From positions 431,931-495,930 of the forward strand of contig CAVZOE010000021.1 of NCBI GenBank assembly GCA_963776725.1: a DNA stretch of 64,000 nucleotides. Direction: 5' to 3'. The position numbers and the translations under genes were made by a program. Shown here one piece after another: positions 43,210 through 53,071 of the stretch. Position 1 is the stretch's first letter, and every line of letters begins with the position of its first letter. The notes under the pieces are model-generated. The model was not told the DNA's origin, did not search any database, and worked only from the letters and a program-made list of their open reading frames with translations. The DNA is from an uncultured Candidatus Rokubacteria bacterium (GTDB taxonomy: Bacteria; Methylomirabilota; Methylomirabilia; Rokubacteriales; CSP1-6).

Positions 43210-43950
43210 ATGCTCCCTCGTCGATCTCTCCGGGTCCTCCACACCGCCGACGTCCATCTCGATGGCGATGTCGGTGGCAGCGCCGAGCAGCAGCTGGCCT
43301 ATCGTGAGCGGGGTCGCGCCGTCCTGCGGCGCATCGTCGACCGGGCCCTCGCGGACGAGGTCGATCTGGTGCTCATCGCCGGTGACCTCTTCGACCACAA
43401 TCGCGTGCCCGACACCACCCTGGCCTTCGTGCAGGCCCAGCTCGATCGGCTGCGCCAGCCGGTGGTGATCCTGCCGGGCAATCACGACGCGCTCTACACG
43501 CGCTCCATCCACGACCGGCACGACTTCTCGGCCGGCGCGCCCCACGTCCACGTGATTCGCCGGCTCGATGGGCAGACGCTCGACTTCCCCGAGCTTCAAG
43601 TCAGCGTGTGGGGCCGCGCGATGGAAGAGCACGTGCCGACCTTCCAGCCGCTCGCCAACCTCCCATCACGCGATGACCGCCGCTGGTCCATCGCCATGGG
43701 TCACGGCTTCTTCTACCCGGAACGCCAGCGGCCGGACCGGTCCTCGCCCATCTTCGCCGACGAGGTTCGCGACAGCGGCTGGGACTACCTGGCACTCGGC
43801 CATCACCACGTCCGCACCGACGTGAGCCAGGGACGCGTGGCCGCCCACTATCCGGGGGCGCCGATGGAGGGCAGCTCGCCCGGCACGATCCTGCGCGTCG
43901 ACTTCTCGACCGACGACGGCGTTCGCGTCAGCTCGCGCGCTGTCGACTAG
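43210..43950 (+). CDS. Calcineurin-like metallophosphoesterase (SbcD/Mre11-type nuclease family)
   Basis: Motifs are RVLHTADVHLDG, LVLIAGDLFDH, ILPGNHD and LALGHHH. Confidence 0.65.
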   Translation: MLPRRSLRVLHTADVHLDGDVGGSAEQQLAYRERGRAVLRRIVDRALADEVDLVLIAGDLFDHNRVPDTTLAFVQAQLDRLRQPVVILPGNHDALYTRSIHDRHDFSAGAPHVHVIRRLDGQTLDFPELQVSVWGRAMEEHVPTFQPLANLPSRDDRRWSIAMGHGFFYPERQRPDRSSPIFADEVRDSGWDYLALGHHHVRTDVSQGRVAAHYPGAPMEGSSPGTILRVDFSTDDGVRVSSRAVD

Positions 43951-43962
43951 CCATCGCCTCGC

Positions 43963-44857
43963 TCAGCGCGCGCCGGCGGCGCGGGCCGCCGCCAGCGCCG
44001 TCGCCCGCGCGTGCAGCGCCGGCGTGCCGAGCCGCTCCGCCCAGCGGGCGAAGTCGTCGCGCGGCCCCGTCCAGCGCAGCGCATCGACGTCGACGCCGAT
44101 GGGCGCGTCCGGGCGCAAGGTGGCCAGCTCCCGGAACAGGCGCGCGCGCTCGGCGTGCTCGGTGAGCGCCGTCGCCAGTCGCAGCGCGCCCCGCACGGGC
44201 ACGTCCCACTTCATCGCGAGCGCGGGGATGTCCTCGAGATGTCGATAGCGGGCCAGCACCGTCGCCGCGGATTTCGCGCCCCAGCCCGGCAGCCCCGGAT
44301 AGCCGTCGGCGGTGTCGCCGACGAGCGCGAGCCAGTCGGGAATGGACTCGGGCAGGACCCCGTACTTCTGCTGCACGCCTGATGCGTTGCGGCGCTCGCC
44401 GGTGCGACGGTCGAGCTGCACGATCCGGTCACCCCGCACGCACTGCGCCAGGTCCTTGTCCGGCGTGCACACCACCACCTGCTCGACGCGCGCATCGGCC
44501 GCCGCCATGACCGCCGCCGCGGCCAGCGCATCGTCGGCCTCGAACTCGACCATGGGCCAGACCACCACGCCGAGCGCGCTCAGCGCTTCTTCGAGCGGCT
44601 GGAACTGGCCGTAGAGCAGCGGGTCGATGCCTTCGCCCGTCTTGTAGTCCGCCCAGAGCGCGTTGCGGAACGATTCGATGACGTGGTCGGTGGCCACGCC
44701 CAGATGCGTGGCGCCACCCTCCAGCATCCCGAGCACGGATCCCACCACGCCGCGCACCGCCCGCAGCTGCGGGCGGCGCCTGCCGGTCGAAGGCGGCGGC
44801 CGGCGAGAGGAAATAGCGGAACAGCTCGTACGTCCCGTCGACCAGATGGACAATCAC
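43963..44857 (-). CDS. 5'-3' exonuclease / flap endonuclease (PolI N-terminal-like, Xni/ExoIX family), one frameshift
   Basis: The N-terminus MIVHLVDGTYELFRYF.. is followed by ..VVWPMVEFEADDALAAAAV..VVVCTPDKDLAQCV.. and the H3TH region ..LVGDTADGYPGLPGWGAKSAATVLARY.. Confidence 0.6.
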
Positions 44858-44900
44858 GCCGACAACGATACGGTAGAGAGGACGGGAGGACGACGGGAAG

Positions 44901-45548
44901 ATGATCCCGCTACTGGACCACTGGGGCTACCTGGGGATCTTCCTCGCCGTCGTCCTGGGCAACGTGGGTCTGCCGGTTCCCGAGGAAACAGTCCTCGCCA
45001 TGGCCGGCTACGCGGCGTCCCGCGGGGTCCTGCATCTGCCCGTCATCCTGGTCATCGGCGTCCTCAGCGCGGTGGCGGGCGACAACATCGGCTACTGGCT
45101 CGGACACCGTTACGGCCGGCGGGCCATCGAACGGTTCGGGCACCTGGCCTTCATCCCTCCCCAGCGCATGCAGAAGATCACGTCGTTCATGACGCGCTAC
45201 GGGGCCTTCGCCGTCTTCGCCGCGCGCTTCGTCGTGGGTCTTCGCACCTTGGCCGGGCCGCTGGCCGGGGCGACCGGTATGCGCCGGCGGACCTTCCTCA
45301 TCGCCAACATCCTCGGCGCCCTCGTCTACGTCCCCTACGCCGTCGCCATCGGCTACGGAATCGGCTGGGGCTTCGGCGACTTCATCGAGCGCTTCTTCGC
45401 CGGGCGTCTCGAGCACATCATCCTCATCGTCGTGGGGCTCACGCTGCTGCTGGGCATCGTCCGCTTCCGCCGGGCCCGCCGCGCCGTCCTCGTGGCAGCG
45501 CCGACTGACTGGTCCGAGCCCAAACCGCCGGCCCAGGCTGCTTCGTGA
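44901..45548 (+). CDS. DedA/SNARE-associated family membrane protein
   Basis: Motifs are ..LGNVGLPVPEETVLAMAGY.. and ..RFVVGLRTLAGPLAGATGM.. Confidence 0.75.
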   Translation: MIPLLDHWGYLGIFLAVVLGNVGLPVPEETVLAMAGYAASRGVLHLPVILVIGVLSAVAGDNIGYWLGHRYGRRAIERFGHLAFIPPQRMQKITSFMTRYGAFAVFAARFVVGLRTLAGPLAGATGMRRRTFLIANILGALVYVPYAVAIGYGIGWGFGDFIERFFAGRLEHIILIVVGLTLLLGIVRFRRARRAVLVAAPTDWSEPKPPAQAAS

Positions 45549-45621
45549 GCGGCGCCGCCCCCAGCGCCAGGCCCCGCCTGGGTAGGGCGGCGCCGCTCAC
45601 GAAGAAGCCGAGAGACCCGGC

Positions 45622-48600
45622 TCACGGGGTCTGGAACGTCGCGGTCACCGTCTTGGCTGACGTCATCACCACCGTGCACGTGTTGTTCGCCCCCGGGGTG
45701 CAGCCGGCGAAGCTGGTCAGGCTCGAGCCGGCCGCGGGGGTCGCGGTGAGCGTCACCGTCGTGCCGGCGGGGTAAGGGGCAGAGCAGGTCGGGGTGCAGC
45801 TGATGGGGCCGGTGTCGCTCGTGATCGTGCCGCTACCGGCGCCAGCCTTCTTGATCGTGAGGGTGAAGCTCGCGAAGGTCGCCGTGACGGCGCGGGCCTG
45901 ACTCATGGTCACCGTGCACGTGTTGCCTTGTACGCTCGCGCAGCCCGTGAAGACGACCCCGAGGTTGGCGGCGCCCGGCGTCGCGGTCAGAGTCACGGAC
46001 TGGCCGGCGGCAAAGCTGGCCGAGCAGATCGAGGGACACGCGATGCCGGATGGCGCGCTCGCGACCGTGCCGTTGCCGGACCGCGTCACCGTGAGCGTGA
46101 ATTTCGAGAAGGTCGCCGTGACCGTCTTGGCCGCCGTCATCGTCACGTTGCAATCGACGCCACCGGCGCCGCTCGTGGAGGCGCAGCCCTTCCAGCCGCC
46201 GAACCCGGCATCGCTGTCAGGGACGGCGGTGACCGTCACCTGCGTGTTGGGCGGAAAGTCCTGGAAGCAGACCTGACCGCAGCTGAAGGCCGGGCCGGTC
46301 ACCGTTCCCGATCCGCCCCCCACGCTCGCCTTGGTCACCGTCAGCCGCCGGCTCGTGAACGTGGCGGTGACGGTCCTGGCCGCGCTCATCGTCACGGTGC
46401 AGACGTTGCCCTGCACGCTCGCACAGCCGGTCCACGACGTGAATCCCGAGGTCGAGGCGGCCGTGGCCGTGACCTGTACCACCGTGCCCGGCGCGAACTG
46501 ACTCGTGCAGCTCTGCAGGCAGTCGACCCCCGGAACATCGCTGGCGACGCTGCCGAAGCCCGTGATGTTGACCCGCAAGGCCACCGAGGTGAACGTGGCG
46601 GTCGCCGTCTTGGCGGTGTTCATGGTGACCGTGCAGGTGGCCCCGTTCACCCCGCTCACCGAGGTGCAGCCCGTCCACTTCGTGAACACCGAGCCCTGCG
46701 CCGGCGTCGCCGTCACCACGGCCTGGGCGCTGGGCGGAAAGCCTGCCTGGCAGGACAGGCCGCAATCGATCCCGTTGCCGACACCCGTCAGCGTGCCGTT
46801 CGCACCGCCCACGCGCGACAGCGTGACCCTCAGGAGGTTGCTGGAGAAGGTGGCGGTCACCGTGCGATTGGACGACGCCGTCACCGCACAGAGATTGCCG
46901 CTCGGCGAGGTGCATCCGCTCCAGGCCGTGAAGGCCGAGGTGGGATCGGTGTTGTTGGCCTGCAGGTGCACCACCGTCCCGGTCGGGAACTTTTGCGTGC
47001 AGGTCGTCCCGCAATCGATCGTGGCGCCCGGATCGGTTCCGACCACGGTGCCGGTGCCGGCGCCGTTCCTGGCCACCGTGATGGTCACGCTGTTGAAGGT
47101 GGCCGTCACCGTCCGCGCCGCGGTCGTCATCGTCACGGTGCACGTGGGGCCAACGGCGGACGTGCAGCCGACCCAGCTGAGGAAGTTCGAGCCCGCGTCC
47201 GGCGCCGCGGTCAGGGTGACCACGGTGTCCTTGGCGTTGTTGCTGAAGCACGTCGTGCCGCAGTTGATGTTGACGCTCGTGCCATTCGCGGGGTTGGCCA
47301 CGCTCGTCACCGTGCCGGTCCCGGTCCCCTTCTTCACGACCGTCAGGCGCGCCGCGCTGAAGTTGGCGGTCACCGTGCGGGCCGTGTTCATCGTGGCACT
47401 GCACGAGGTCCCGGCCGTGGACGAGCAGCCGGCCCAGCTGGTGAAGCTCGAGCCGGGATCGGGTATGGCGGTGAGCGCGATGGTGGTGCCCGCCGCGTTG
47501 GACGATTTGCAGATCGAGCCGCAGTTGATGGGCGCGCTGGTGGCGCCGCCGCCGGGTGCGCTCCCGGTGACCGTGCCGGCGCCCGTGCCCGTCTTCACCA
47601 CGGTCAGGGGAAACGAGGTGAAGGTGGCGGTGATGGTCCTGGCGCTGCTCATGATCACCTGGCATGTGCTCTGGCCGGCGCCCGAGGTGGCGCCACAGCC
47701 GGTCCACTGGGCGAAGGACGAGCCCGTGAACGCCGTCGCGGTGATGGTCACCGAGCTGCCGATGGCGAACGCCTGGGAGCAATCGAGCCCGCACGACAGG
47801 CCGACCGGCGAGCTCACCGCGATGCCGGATCCCGTGCCGTTGACCACCACGGTGAGCTTGGCCCCCGTGAAGTTCGCCGTCACCGTCTTCGACGCCGACA
47901 GGGTGACCACGCACGGCCCGGTGGCGTTGGTGCAGGCGCCCGTCCAGCCGGCGAACGTCAGGCCGGGATCCGGGGTGGCCGTCAGCGTCACGATCGTGCC
48001 GAGGGGATAGACCTGCTTGCACTCGTTCGGGAACGTCGGACACGAGATCCCCTCCGGCACGCTGGTGACCGTGCCGCTGCCGCCGCCGGTGAGGTTCACC
48101 GTGAGGGTCGTCATCACGCCGGTGCCCAGCTCACGCGCGAAGACCTGGGGCACCGAGTCGCCGTCGCCGATCCACGCCAGGATGGGCGTGAAGGATGGAG
48201 TCGGGCCGACGGCGAGGGCCGGCGCGATGGCCTGCACGTCGGGCCCGTTGACGCCGGTCGTCGTGGCCGCGCCTGCGGTGACGTCGACGAAGCCGGTCGC
48301 CCCGTTGAAGCGCTTGATGTACACCGCGGCCGAGCCGGTGGTGCCGATGGTCTGCCACGCCACGAACGGACGATTCTGCTGGCCGAAGACCACGACCGGC
48401 AATTCGTTGCGGCCGCTGGTCGGGCTGATCACCGTCGAGGTGGAGTTGTTCGTCCCCATCAGGGTCCACATCGCCGTGGCGATGCTGAAGGTCCGCACGT
48501 CCTGATTGAACTGGCGCAGCAGGACCCGCGTCTGGTTGGGATCCGTCGAGTTGTCACTCCAGGCCACCACCGGCTTGTTGTCGGTGCCGATGGCGATCGA

Positions 48601-49578
48601 CGGCGTGGCGGGCGCCACCGCACTGCCGGGCGGCGCGGAGGCATTGGCGTTGGCGCTGATGCCGCCGGCCTGGCCGAGGCCCGGTCCGATGGGTTGCGTG
48701 GGGATCTCCGGCCCCAGGGCGAGCCACCCGGCGCCGTTCCAGCGGGTCGCGTAGACGTCGGTGTTGGTGCCGATGTAGAACGTGGCCGGAGGCGACGGCT
48801 GGTCGCTGCCGGTGGTGTAGACGAAGGCCACGATCGGGAATCCGTCCGAGTCGACGGTGATCGAGGGCATGATGGCCGAGTGACACACGGCCTGTGAGCT
48901 GTTCGGTATGTCGAAGCTCACGGCATTGCTGGCGCCGCCGCCGGTCGTATTCGAGCCCAGGTAGCTCCACGCCGCCCCGTTCCACTGCACGACGAAGATC
49001 TGGTCACCGGCCAGCCCGATGGCGCCAGTGCTGAGGCAGTCGGCGCCGCCGCTGGGCGGTGCGTCGAGGGCAACGATCGGGTTGCCGTGCAGGTCGATGG
49101 CCAGGTCGAACGACGCGGGATTTACCGCCCCCGTCAGTCCGCTCCCCGCATTCGAGCCGGCCAGCCCCACCCACGAGCTGCCCGTCCACTGCGACAGGAA
49201 CACGGCGGTGGGACCAAGCCAGGCCACGTTGATCGTGCCGTCGGTCGAGATCTTGACCCGCGGCGTCACGCCCTGGCCGGGCGGGGTGCCGAGCTGCTGC
49301 CAGACCCCGTCGACGAGCTGCTTGACGACGATGTCGCTGTTCTGGGCATCGACATAGGCCACCACGGGGTTGCCGTCGGGATCGACGGCCACCGCCACGT
49401 TGCGCTCGGTCGTGCGCACGCCGGCGCCACTGCGGCTCAGGCCATCGTGAGTCCCCGAGCCGTCCAGCTCGATCCAGGAGGTTGCCGTGACCGAGGAGGC
49501 CTGCGCCGGCCACGGGGTGGCCAGACCCGCGATGAGGAGCAACAGGCAGGCTGCGCCGTTGACGAGAAGTCGGGGCAT
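45622..49578 (-). CDS. Giant secreted repeat protein (1318 aa): signal peptide, a ~450-aa W/G-rich N-terminal domain (possible beta-propeller), and about 11 tandem ~75-aa InlB-B-like repeats each with two Cys pairs
   Basis: Signal MPRLLVNGAACLLLLIAGLATPWPAQA. The repeat consensus is LTV.K.G.G.GTVTS.P.GI.CG..C...F..GT.VTLTA.P..GS.F..W.GC.S..G..C.VTM...RTVTATF. The ORF is intact. Confidence 0.8.
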   Translation of the reverse strand: MPRLLVNGAACLLLLIAGLATPWPAQASSVTATSWIELDGSGTHDGLSRSGAGVRTTERNVAVAVDPDGNPVVAYVDAQNSDIVVKQLVDGVWQQLGTPPGQGVTPRVKISTDGTINVAWLGPTAVFLSQWTGSSWVGLAGSNAGSGLTGAVNPASFDLAIDLHGNPIVALDAPPSGGADCLSTGAIGLAGDQIFVVQWNGAAWSYLGSNTTGGGASNAVSFDIPNSSQAVCHSAIMPSITVDSDGFPIVAFVYTTGSDQPSPPATFYIGTNTDVYATRWNGAGWLALGPEIPTQPIGPGLGQAGGISANANASAPPGSAVAPATPSIAIGTDNKPVVAWSDNSTDPNQTRVLLRQFNQDVRTFSIATAMWTLMGTNNSTSTVISPTSGRNELPVVVFGQQNRPFVAWQTIGTTGSAAVYIKRFNGATGFVDVTAGAATTTGVNGPDVQAIAPALAVGPTPSFTPILAWIGDGDSVPQVFARELGTGVMTTLTVNLTGGGSGTVTSVPEGISCPTFPNECKQVYPLGTIVTLTATPDPGLTFAGWTGACTNATGPCVVTLSASKTVTANFTGAKLTVVVNGTGSGIAVSSPVGLSCGLDCSQAFAIGSSVTITATAFTGSSFAQWTGCGATSGAGQSTCQVIMSSARTITATFTSFPLTVVKTGTGAGTVTGSAPGGGATSAPINCGSICKSSNAAGTTIALTAIPDPGSSFTSWAGCSSTAGTSCSATMNTARTVTANFSAARLTVVKKGTGTGTVTSVANPANGTSVNINCGTTCFSNNAKDTVVTLTAAPDAGSNFLSWVGCTSAVGPTCTVTMTTAARTVTATFNSVTITVARNGAGTGTVVGTDPGATIDCGTTCTQKFPTGTVVHLQANNTDPTSAFTAWSGCTSPSGNLCAVTASSNRTVTATFSSNLLRVTLSRVGGANGTLTGVGNGIDCGLSCQAGFPPSAQAVVTATPAQGSVFTKWTGCTSVSGVNGATCTVTMNTAKTATATFTSVALRVNITGFGSVASDVPGVDCLQSCTSQFAPGTVVQVTATAASTSGFTSWTGCASVQGNVCTVTMSAARTVTATFTSRRLTVTKASVGGGSGTVTGPAFSCGQVCFQDFPPNTQVTVTAVPDSDAGFGGWKGCASTSGAGGVDCNVTMTAAKTVTATFSKFTLTVTRSGNGTVASAPSGIACPSICSASFAAGQSVTLTATPGAANLGVVFTGCASVQGNTCTVTMSQARAVTATFASFTLTIKKAGAGSGTITSDTGPISCTPTCSAPYPAGTTVTLTATPAAGSSLTSFAGCTPGANNTCTVVMTSAKTVTATFQTP
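45625..48140 (-). repeat. Intragenic tandem array of about 11 divergent ~225-bp repeat units encoding the InlB-B-like domains
   Basis: Periodic recurrence of motifs such as gtcaccgtgcaggtg / accgtcacggccaccttc and of the encoded ..TVTATF.. ends. The units diverge mainly at synonymous positions. Confidence 0.6.
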
Positions 49579-49718
49579 GAGGGTCCTCCTGCCGTCGCTG
49601 GGTGCGATCGCGTGCGGGAACGGCCAACTTCCACGTCCCGCTCACTCTCTGCGCGCAGGCGGGCCGATGTCAAGATCACAAACGGCTGAAAAAGTCACTG
49701 AGCTGAGCCGGCACACGC

Positions 49719-49747
49719 TTGACGCGCATTCACAGACCACATACTCT
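49719..49747 (+). promoter_or_regulatory. Candidate sigma-70 promoter TTGACG-17-TACTCT upstream of the TRAP solute-binding gene array
   Basis: Boxes lie about 25 nt before the GGAGGTG RBS of the gene starting at 49771. Confidence 0.3.
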
Positions 49748-49770
49748 CCCCGCTGCAGTTGGGAGGTGGG

Positions 49771-50868
49771 GTGACGACAGCGCGACGCGACTTCCTGGCG
49801 AGGATTGGCGGCGCGGTGGCGGCCGCCGCGACCACTGCTCTCGTCGAGGCTCCCCACGTGATCGCGCAGCCGAAGATCCAGTGGCGGATGTCCACCGCCT
49901 GGACGCCGACACTGGATATGTTGCAGGGCGCGGCCTTGCGGCTCGCCAAGGTCGTCGAGGAGATGAGCGGGGGCCGGTTCCGGATCGAGGTCTTTCCGGG
50001 AGGGCAGATCATGCCCCCCTTCGCCTGCTTCGACGCGGCCTCGCAGGGCACGATCGAGGCGTTCATGGCGACCCCGAACTACTGGGCGACAAAGGATCCG
50101 GGATTGGTGTGGTTCGCGACCATTCCGTTCGGCATGGACCCGGCGGGCATGACAGCCTGGCTCTACCAGGGTGACGCACTCAAGCTCTGGGAGGAGGCGT
50201 ACGCCGCCTTCAACCTCGTGCCCCGCCCCGGGCCCGCGCTCGCGCCCCAGATGGCGGGATGGTTCCGGAAGAGGATCAACGCCATCGGGGACTACAAGGG
50301 ACTCAAGATGCGCATCGCCGGCCTGGGGGGCAACGTCATCGCCCGGGCCGGCGGCACCACGGTCCTCACCCCGGCCCCCGCCATCTACGGAGCACTCGAG
50401 CAAGGCGTGATCGACGCCGGAGAATGGGTCGGTCCCCACGACGACATGAACCTGGGCCTGCACAAGACCGCGCGCTACTACTACTACCCGGGATGGCACG
50501 AGCCCGGGACGATGAGCGAGTTCAGCTTCAACCGCAAGGCGTACGAGGCCCTGCCGAGCGAGCTCCGGCAGACGCTGGACCATGCCGCCGCCGCCGTCCA
50601 GATCTACGGCCTGACCGACTTCCACGCGAAGAACGCCGCCGCGCTGGCGCGTCTGAGGACGGAGTTCAAGGGCAAGGTCGACGTGCTCCAGCTTCCGGTG
50701 CCGGTGCTGCGCGATCTCCGGAAGCTGGCCAGCGACGTCGTGCGGGAGGAATCCGAGAAGACGCCGATGGCCCGGAAGGTCCACGCGTCCTTCACGAAGT
50801 TCCAGCTTCTGGTGGGCCCCTGGGACCACATTGCGGAAAGCGCCTACCATCAGCTCGTGGCGGTATGA
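49771..50868 (+). CDS. TRAP transporter solute-binding protein (DctP/COG4663-type), TAT signal, paralog 1
   Basis: GTG start after GGAGGTG. The signal is RRDFLARIGGAVAAAATTA. Conserved motifs include ..QWRMSTAWTP.. and ..GGRFRIEVFPGGQIMPPFACFDAASQGTIEAF.. Confidence 0.75.
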   Translation: MTTARRDFLARIGGAVAAAATTALVEAPHVIAQPKIQWRMSTAWTPTLDMLQGAALRLAKVVEEMSGGRFRIEVFPGGQIMPPFACFDAASQGTIEAFMATPNYWATKDPGLVWFATIPFGMDPAGMTAWLYQGDALKLWEEAYAAFNLVPRPGPALAPQMAGWFRKRINAIGDYKGLKMRIAGLGGNVIARAGGTTVLTPAPAIYGALEQGVIDAGEWVGPHDDMNLGLHKTARYYYYPGWHEPGTMSEFSFNRKAYEALPSELRQTLDHAAAAVQIYGLTDFHAKNAAALARLRTEFKGKVDVLQLPVPVLRDLRKLASDVVREESEKTPMARKVHASFTKFQLLVGPWDHIAESAYHQLVAV

Positions 50869-50878
50869 GGAGACCAGG

Positions 50879-51973
50879 GTGAGGACTGATCGACGCCGGT
50901 TCCTCGCGAAGGTGGGTGGCGCGATGACCGCCGCCGCGGCCGTCATGGCCGACGCTCCCCGGGCGATCGCTCAGCCGAAGGTCCAGTGGCGAATGTCCAC
51001 GGCCTTCACCTCGACGAACGATCTGATGCAGGGCGCGGCCCAGCGGCTGGCGAAGGTCGTGGAGGAGATGAGCGGCGGACGGTTTCGCATCGAGGTCTTC
51101 CCCGGCGGACAGATCATGCCGCTGTTCGCCTGCTTCGACGCCGCCTCGCAGGGCACCATCGAGGCGTTCATGGGGACGGATCAATACTGGAGAGACAAGG
51201 AGCCCGCGCTCGAATGGTTCGCCACCATCCCGTTCGGCATGAATCCCGACGGCATGGCCGCCTGGTATCACCAGGGCGACGGGCTCAAGCTCTGGGAGGA
51301 GGCGTACGCCGCATTCAACCTGGTGCCGCGTCCCGCCATGGGCAACGCCCCGCAGATGGCGGGTTGGTTCAGGAAGAAGATCAACACCATCGGTGACTTC
51401 AAGGGCCTCAAGATGCGCATCCCGAATCTCGGCGGCAAGGTCCTCGCCCGCGCGGGTGCCACCACGGTGCTCACCCCCGGCGTGGAGATCTACGCCGCGC
51501 TCGAACGGGGTGTCATCGATGCCTCCGAGTGGATCGGACCGCACGACGACATGAAGCTGGGTCTCCACAAGACGGCTCGCTACTACTACTATCCAGGGTG
51601 GCACGAGCCCGGCACCACCCTGGGGTTCGGGTTCAACAAGAAGGCGTACGCGGCGCTTCCGCTCGATCTGCAACGCACGCTCGACCATGCCACGGCGGCC
51701 GTGCACACCTACGGCAGCGCGGAGTTTCACGCGAAGAACGCGATCGCGCTGGAGCAGCTCAAGACGGAGTTCAAGGGGAAGGTCGAGGTGCTCCAGCTTC
51801 CGCTTCCGGTGCTGCGCGATCTCAAGAAGCTGTCCGCCGAGGTCGTGCGGGAAGAATCCGAGAAAACGCCGATGGCCCGCAAGGTCCACGCGTCCTTCAC
51901 GAAGTTCCAGGCGCTCGTGGGCCCCTGGGACCACGTCGCCGAGGGCGCGTATCATCAATGGGTCGCGCTGTAA
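50879..51973 (+). CDS. TRAP transporter solute-binding protein, paralog 2
   Basis: GTG start after GAGGAG. The signal is RRRFLAKVGGAMTAAAAVMA. It shares the conserved blocks with paralogs 1 and 3. Confidence 0.75.
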   Translation: MRTDRRRFLAKVGGAMTAAAAVMADAPRAIAQPKVQWRMSTAFTSTNDLMQGAAQRLAKVVEEMSGGRFRIEVFPGGQIMPLFACFDAASQGTIEAFMGTDQYWRDKEPALEWFATIPFGMNPDGMAAWYHQGDGLKLWEEAYAAFNLVPRPAMGNAPQMAGWFRKKINTIGDFKGLKMRIPNLGGKVLARAGATTVLTPGVEIYAALERGVIDASEWIGPHDDMKLGLHKTARYYYYPGWHEPGTTLGFGFNKKAYAALPLDLQRTLDHATAAVHTYGSAEFHAKNAIALEQLKTEFKGKVEVLQLPLPVLRDLKKLSAEVVREESEKTPMARKVHASFTKFQALVGPWDHVAEGAYHQWVAL

Positions 51974-51976
51974 GGG

Positions 51977-53071
51977 ATGCCAGCGATGATCGACCGACGC
52001 AGGTTCCTCGTGGCGGCGAGCATGGCGACGGCCGGCACCCTCGTCGACGCTCCCCACGTCATCGCGCAGCCGAAGATCCAGTGGCGCATGTCCACGGCCT
52101 GGACGCCCGCGCTCGACCAGCTGCAGGGCGCGGCCCAGCGGCTGGCAAAGGTCGTCGACGAGATCAGCGGCGGACGGTTCCGCATCGAGGTCTTCCCGGG
52201 CGGCCAGATCATGCAGCCGTTCGACTGCTTCGAGGCGACCTCGCGCGGCACGATCGAGGCGTTCATGGCGTCCGCGTACTACTGGACCGCGAGGGAGCCT
52301 GCGGTCGAGTGGTTCACGGCGGTCCCGTTCGGGATGAACGCCGAAGGCATGGCGGCCTGGTATCACCAGGGTGACGGGCTCAAGCTCTGGCAGGAGACCT
52401 ACGCGCCGTTCAATCTGGTCCCGCGCCCGGCCACGGCGGTGGCGCCCCAGATGGCCGGATGGTTCCGGAAGAAGATGACCACGATCGCCGACTACAAGGG
52501 CCTCAAGATGCGCATCGGCACGGGTCTCGGCGGCAAGGTCTACGTCAGAGCGGGCGCCAGCGCGGTTTTGATCCCGGCCGCCGAGATCTACGGCGCGCTC
52601 GAGCGGGGCGTGATCGATGCCGCCGAGTGGATCGGGCCACACGACGACATGAAGCTGGGGCTTCAGAACACGGCGCGGTACTACTACTACCCGGGCTGGC
52701 AAGAGCCGGGCAACACGACGGAGTTCGGCTTCAACCGTAAGGCGTACGATGCGCTGCCCCTCGATCTGCAGCGGACGCTGGATCATGCCGCCGCCGCCGT
52801 GGAGGTCTACGGCCTCGCCGACTTCACCGCGAAGAATGCGATCGCGCTGGGGCGACTGCGCACGGAGGCCAAGGGCAAGGTGGAGGTGCTGCCGATCCCG
52901 ACGCCGGTGCTGCGCGAACTGAAGAAGATGTCGGCCGACGTCGTCGCGCAGGAGTCCGAGAAGACGCCGATGGCCCGCAAGGTCCACGCGTCGTTCACGA
53001 AATTCCAGGCGCTCGTTGGCCCCTGGGACCACGTCGCCGAAGGCGCGTACTACCAGTTCGTCGCCTCGTGA
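51977..53071 (+). CDS. TRAP transporter solute-binding protein, paralog 3
   Basis: The signal is MIDRRRFLVAASMATAGTLV, and the conserved blocks are the same as in paralogs 1 and 2. Confidence 0.75.
   Translation: MPAMIDRRRFLVAASMATAGTLVDAPHVIAQPKIQWRMSTAWTPALDQLQGAAQRLAKVVDEISGGRFRIEVFPGGQIMQPFDCFEATSRGTIEAFMASAYYWTAREPAVEWFTAVPFGMNAEGMAAWYHQGDGLKLWQETYAPFNLVPRPATAVAPQMAGWFRKKMTTIADYKGLKMRIGTGLGGKVYVRAGASAVLIPAAEIYGALERGVIDAAEWIGPHDDMKLGLQNTARYYYYPGWQEPGNTTEFGFNRKAYDALPLDLQRTLDHAAAAVEVYGLADFTAKNAIALGRLRTEAKGKVEVLPIPTPVLRELKKMSADVVAQESEKTPMARKVHASFTKFQALVGPWDHVAEGAYYQFVAS

Noticed and set aside
50792-53032. 746-aa minus-strand ORF across the TRAP solute-binding gene array
   Set aside because: It is antisense to three well-conserved, TAT-signal-bearing paralogous genes. 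Its internal repetition simply mirrors the gene triplication.
49759-53071. Possible CRISPR or other non-coding repeat array suggested by recurring ~20-nt identical strings
   Set aside because: The repeats are kilobase-scale paralogous coding sequences (the three TRAP solute-binding genes), not short direct repeats with unique spacers. There are no cas genes.
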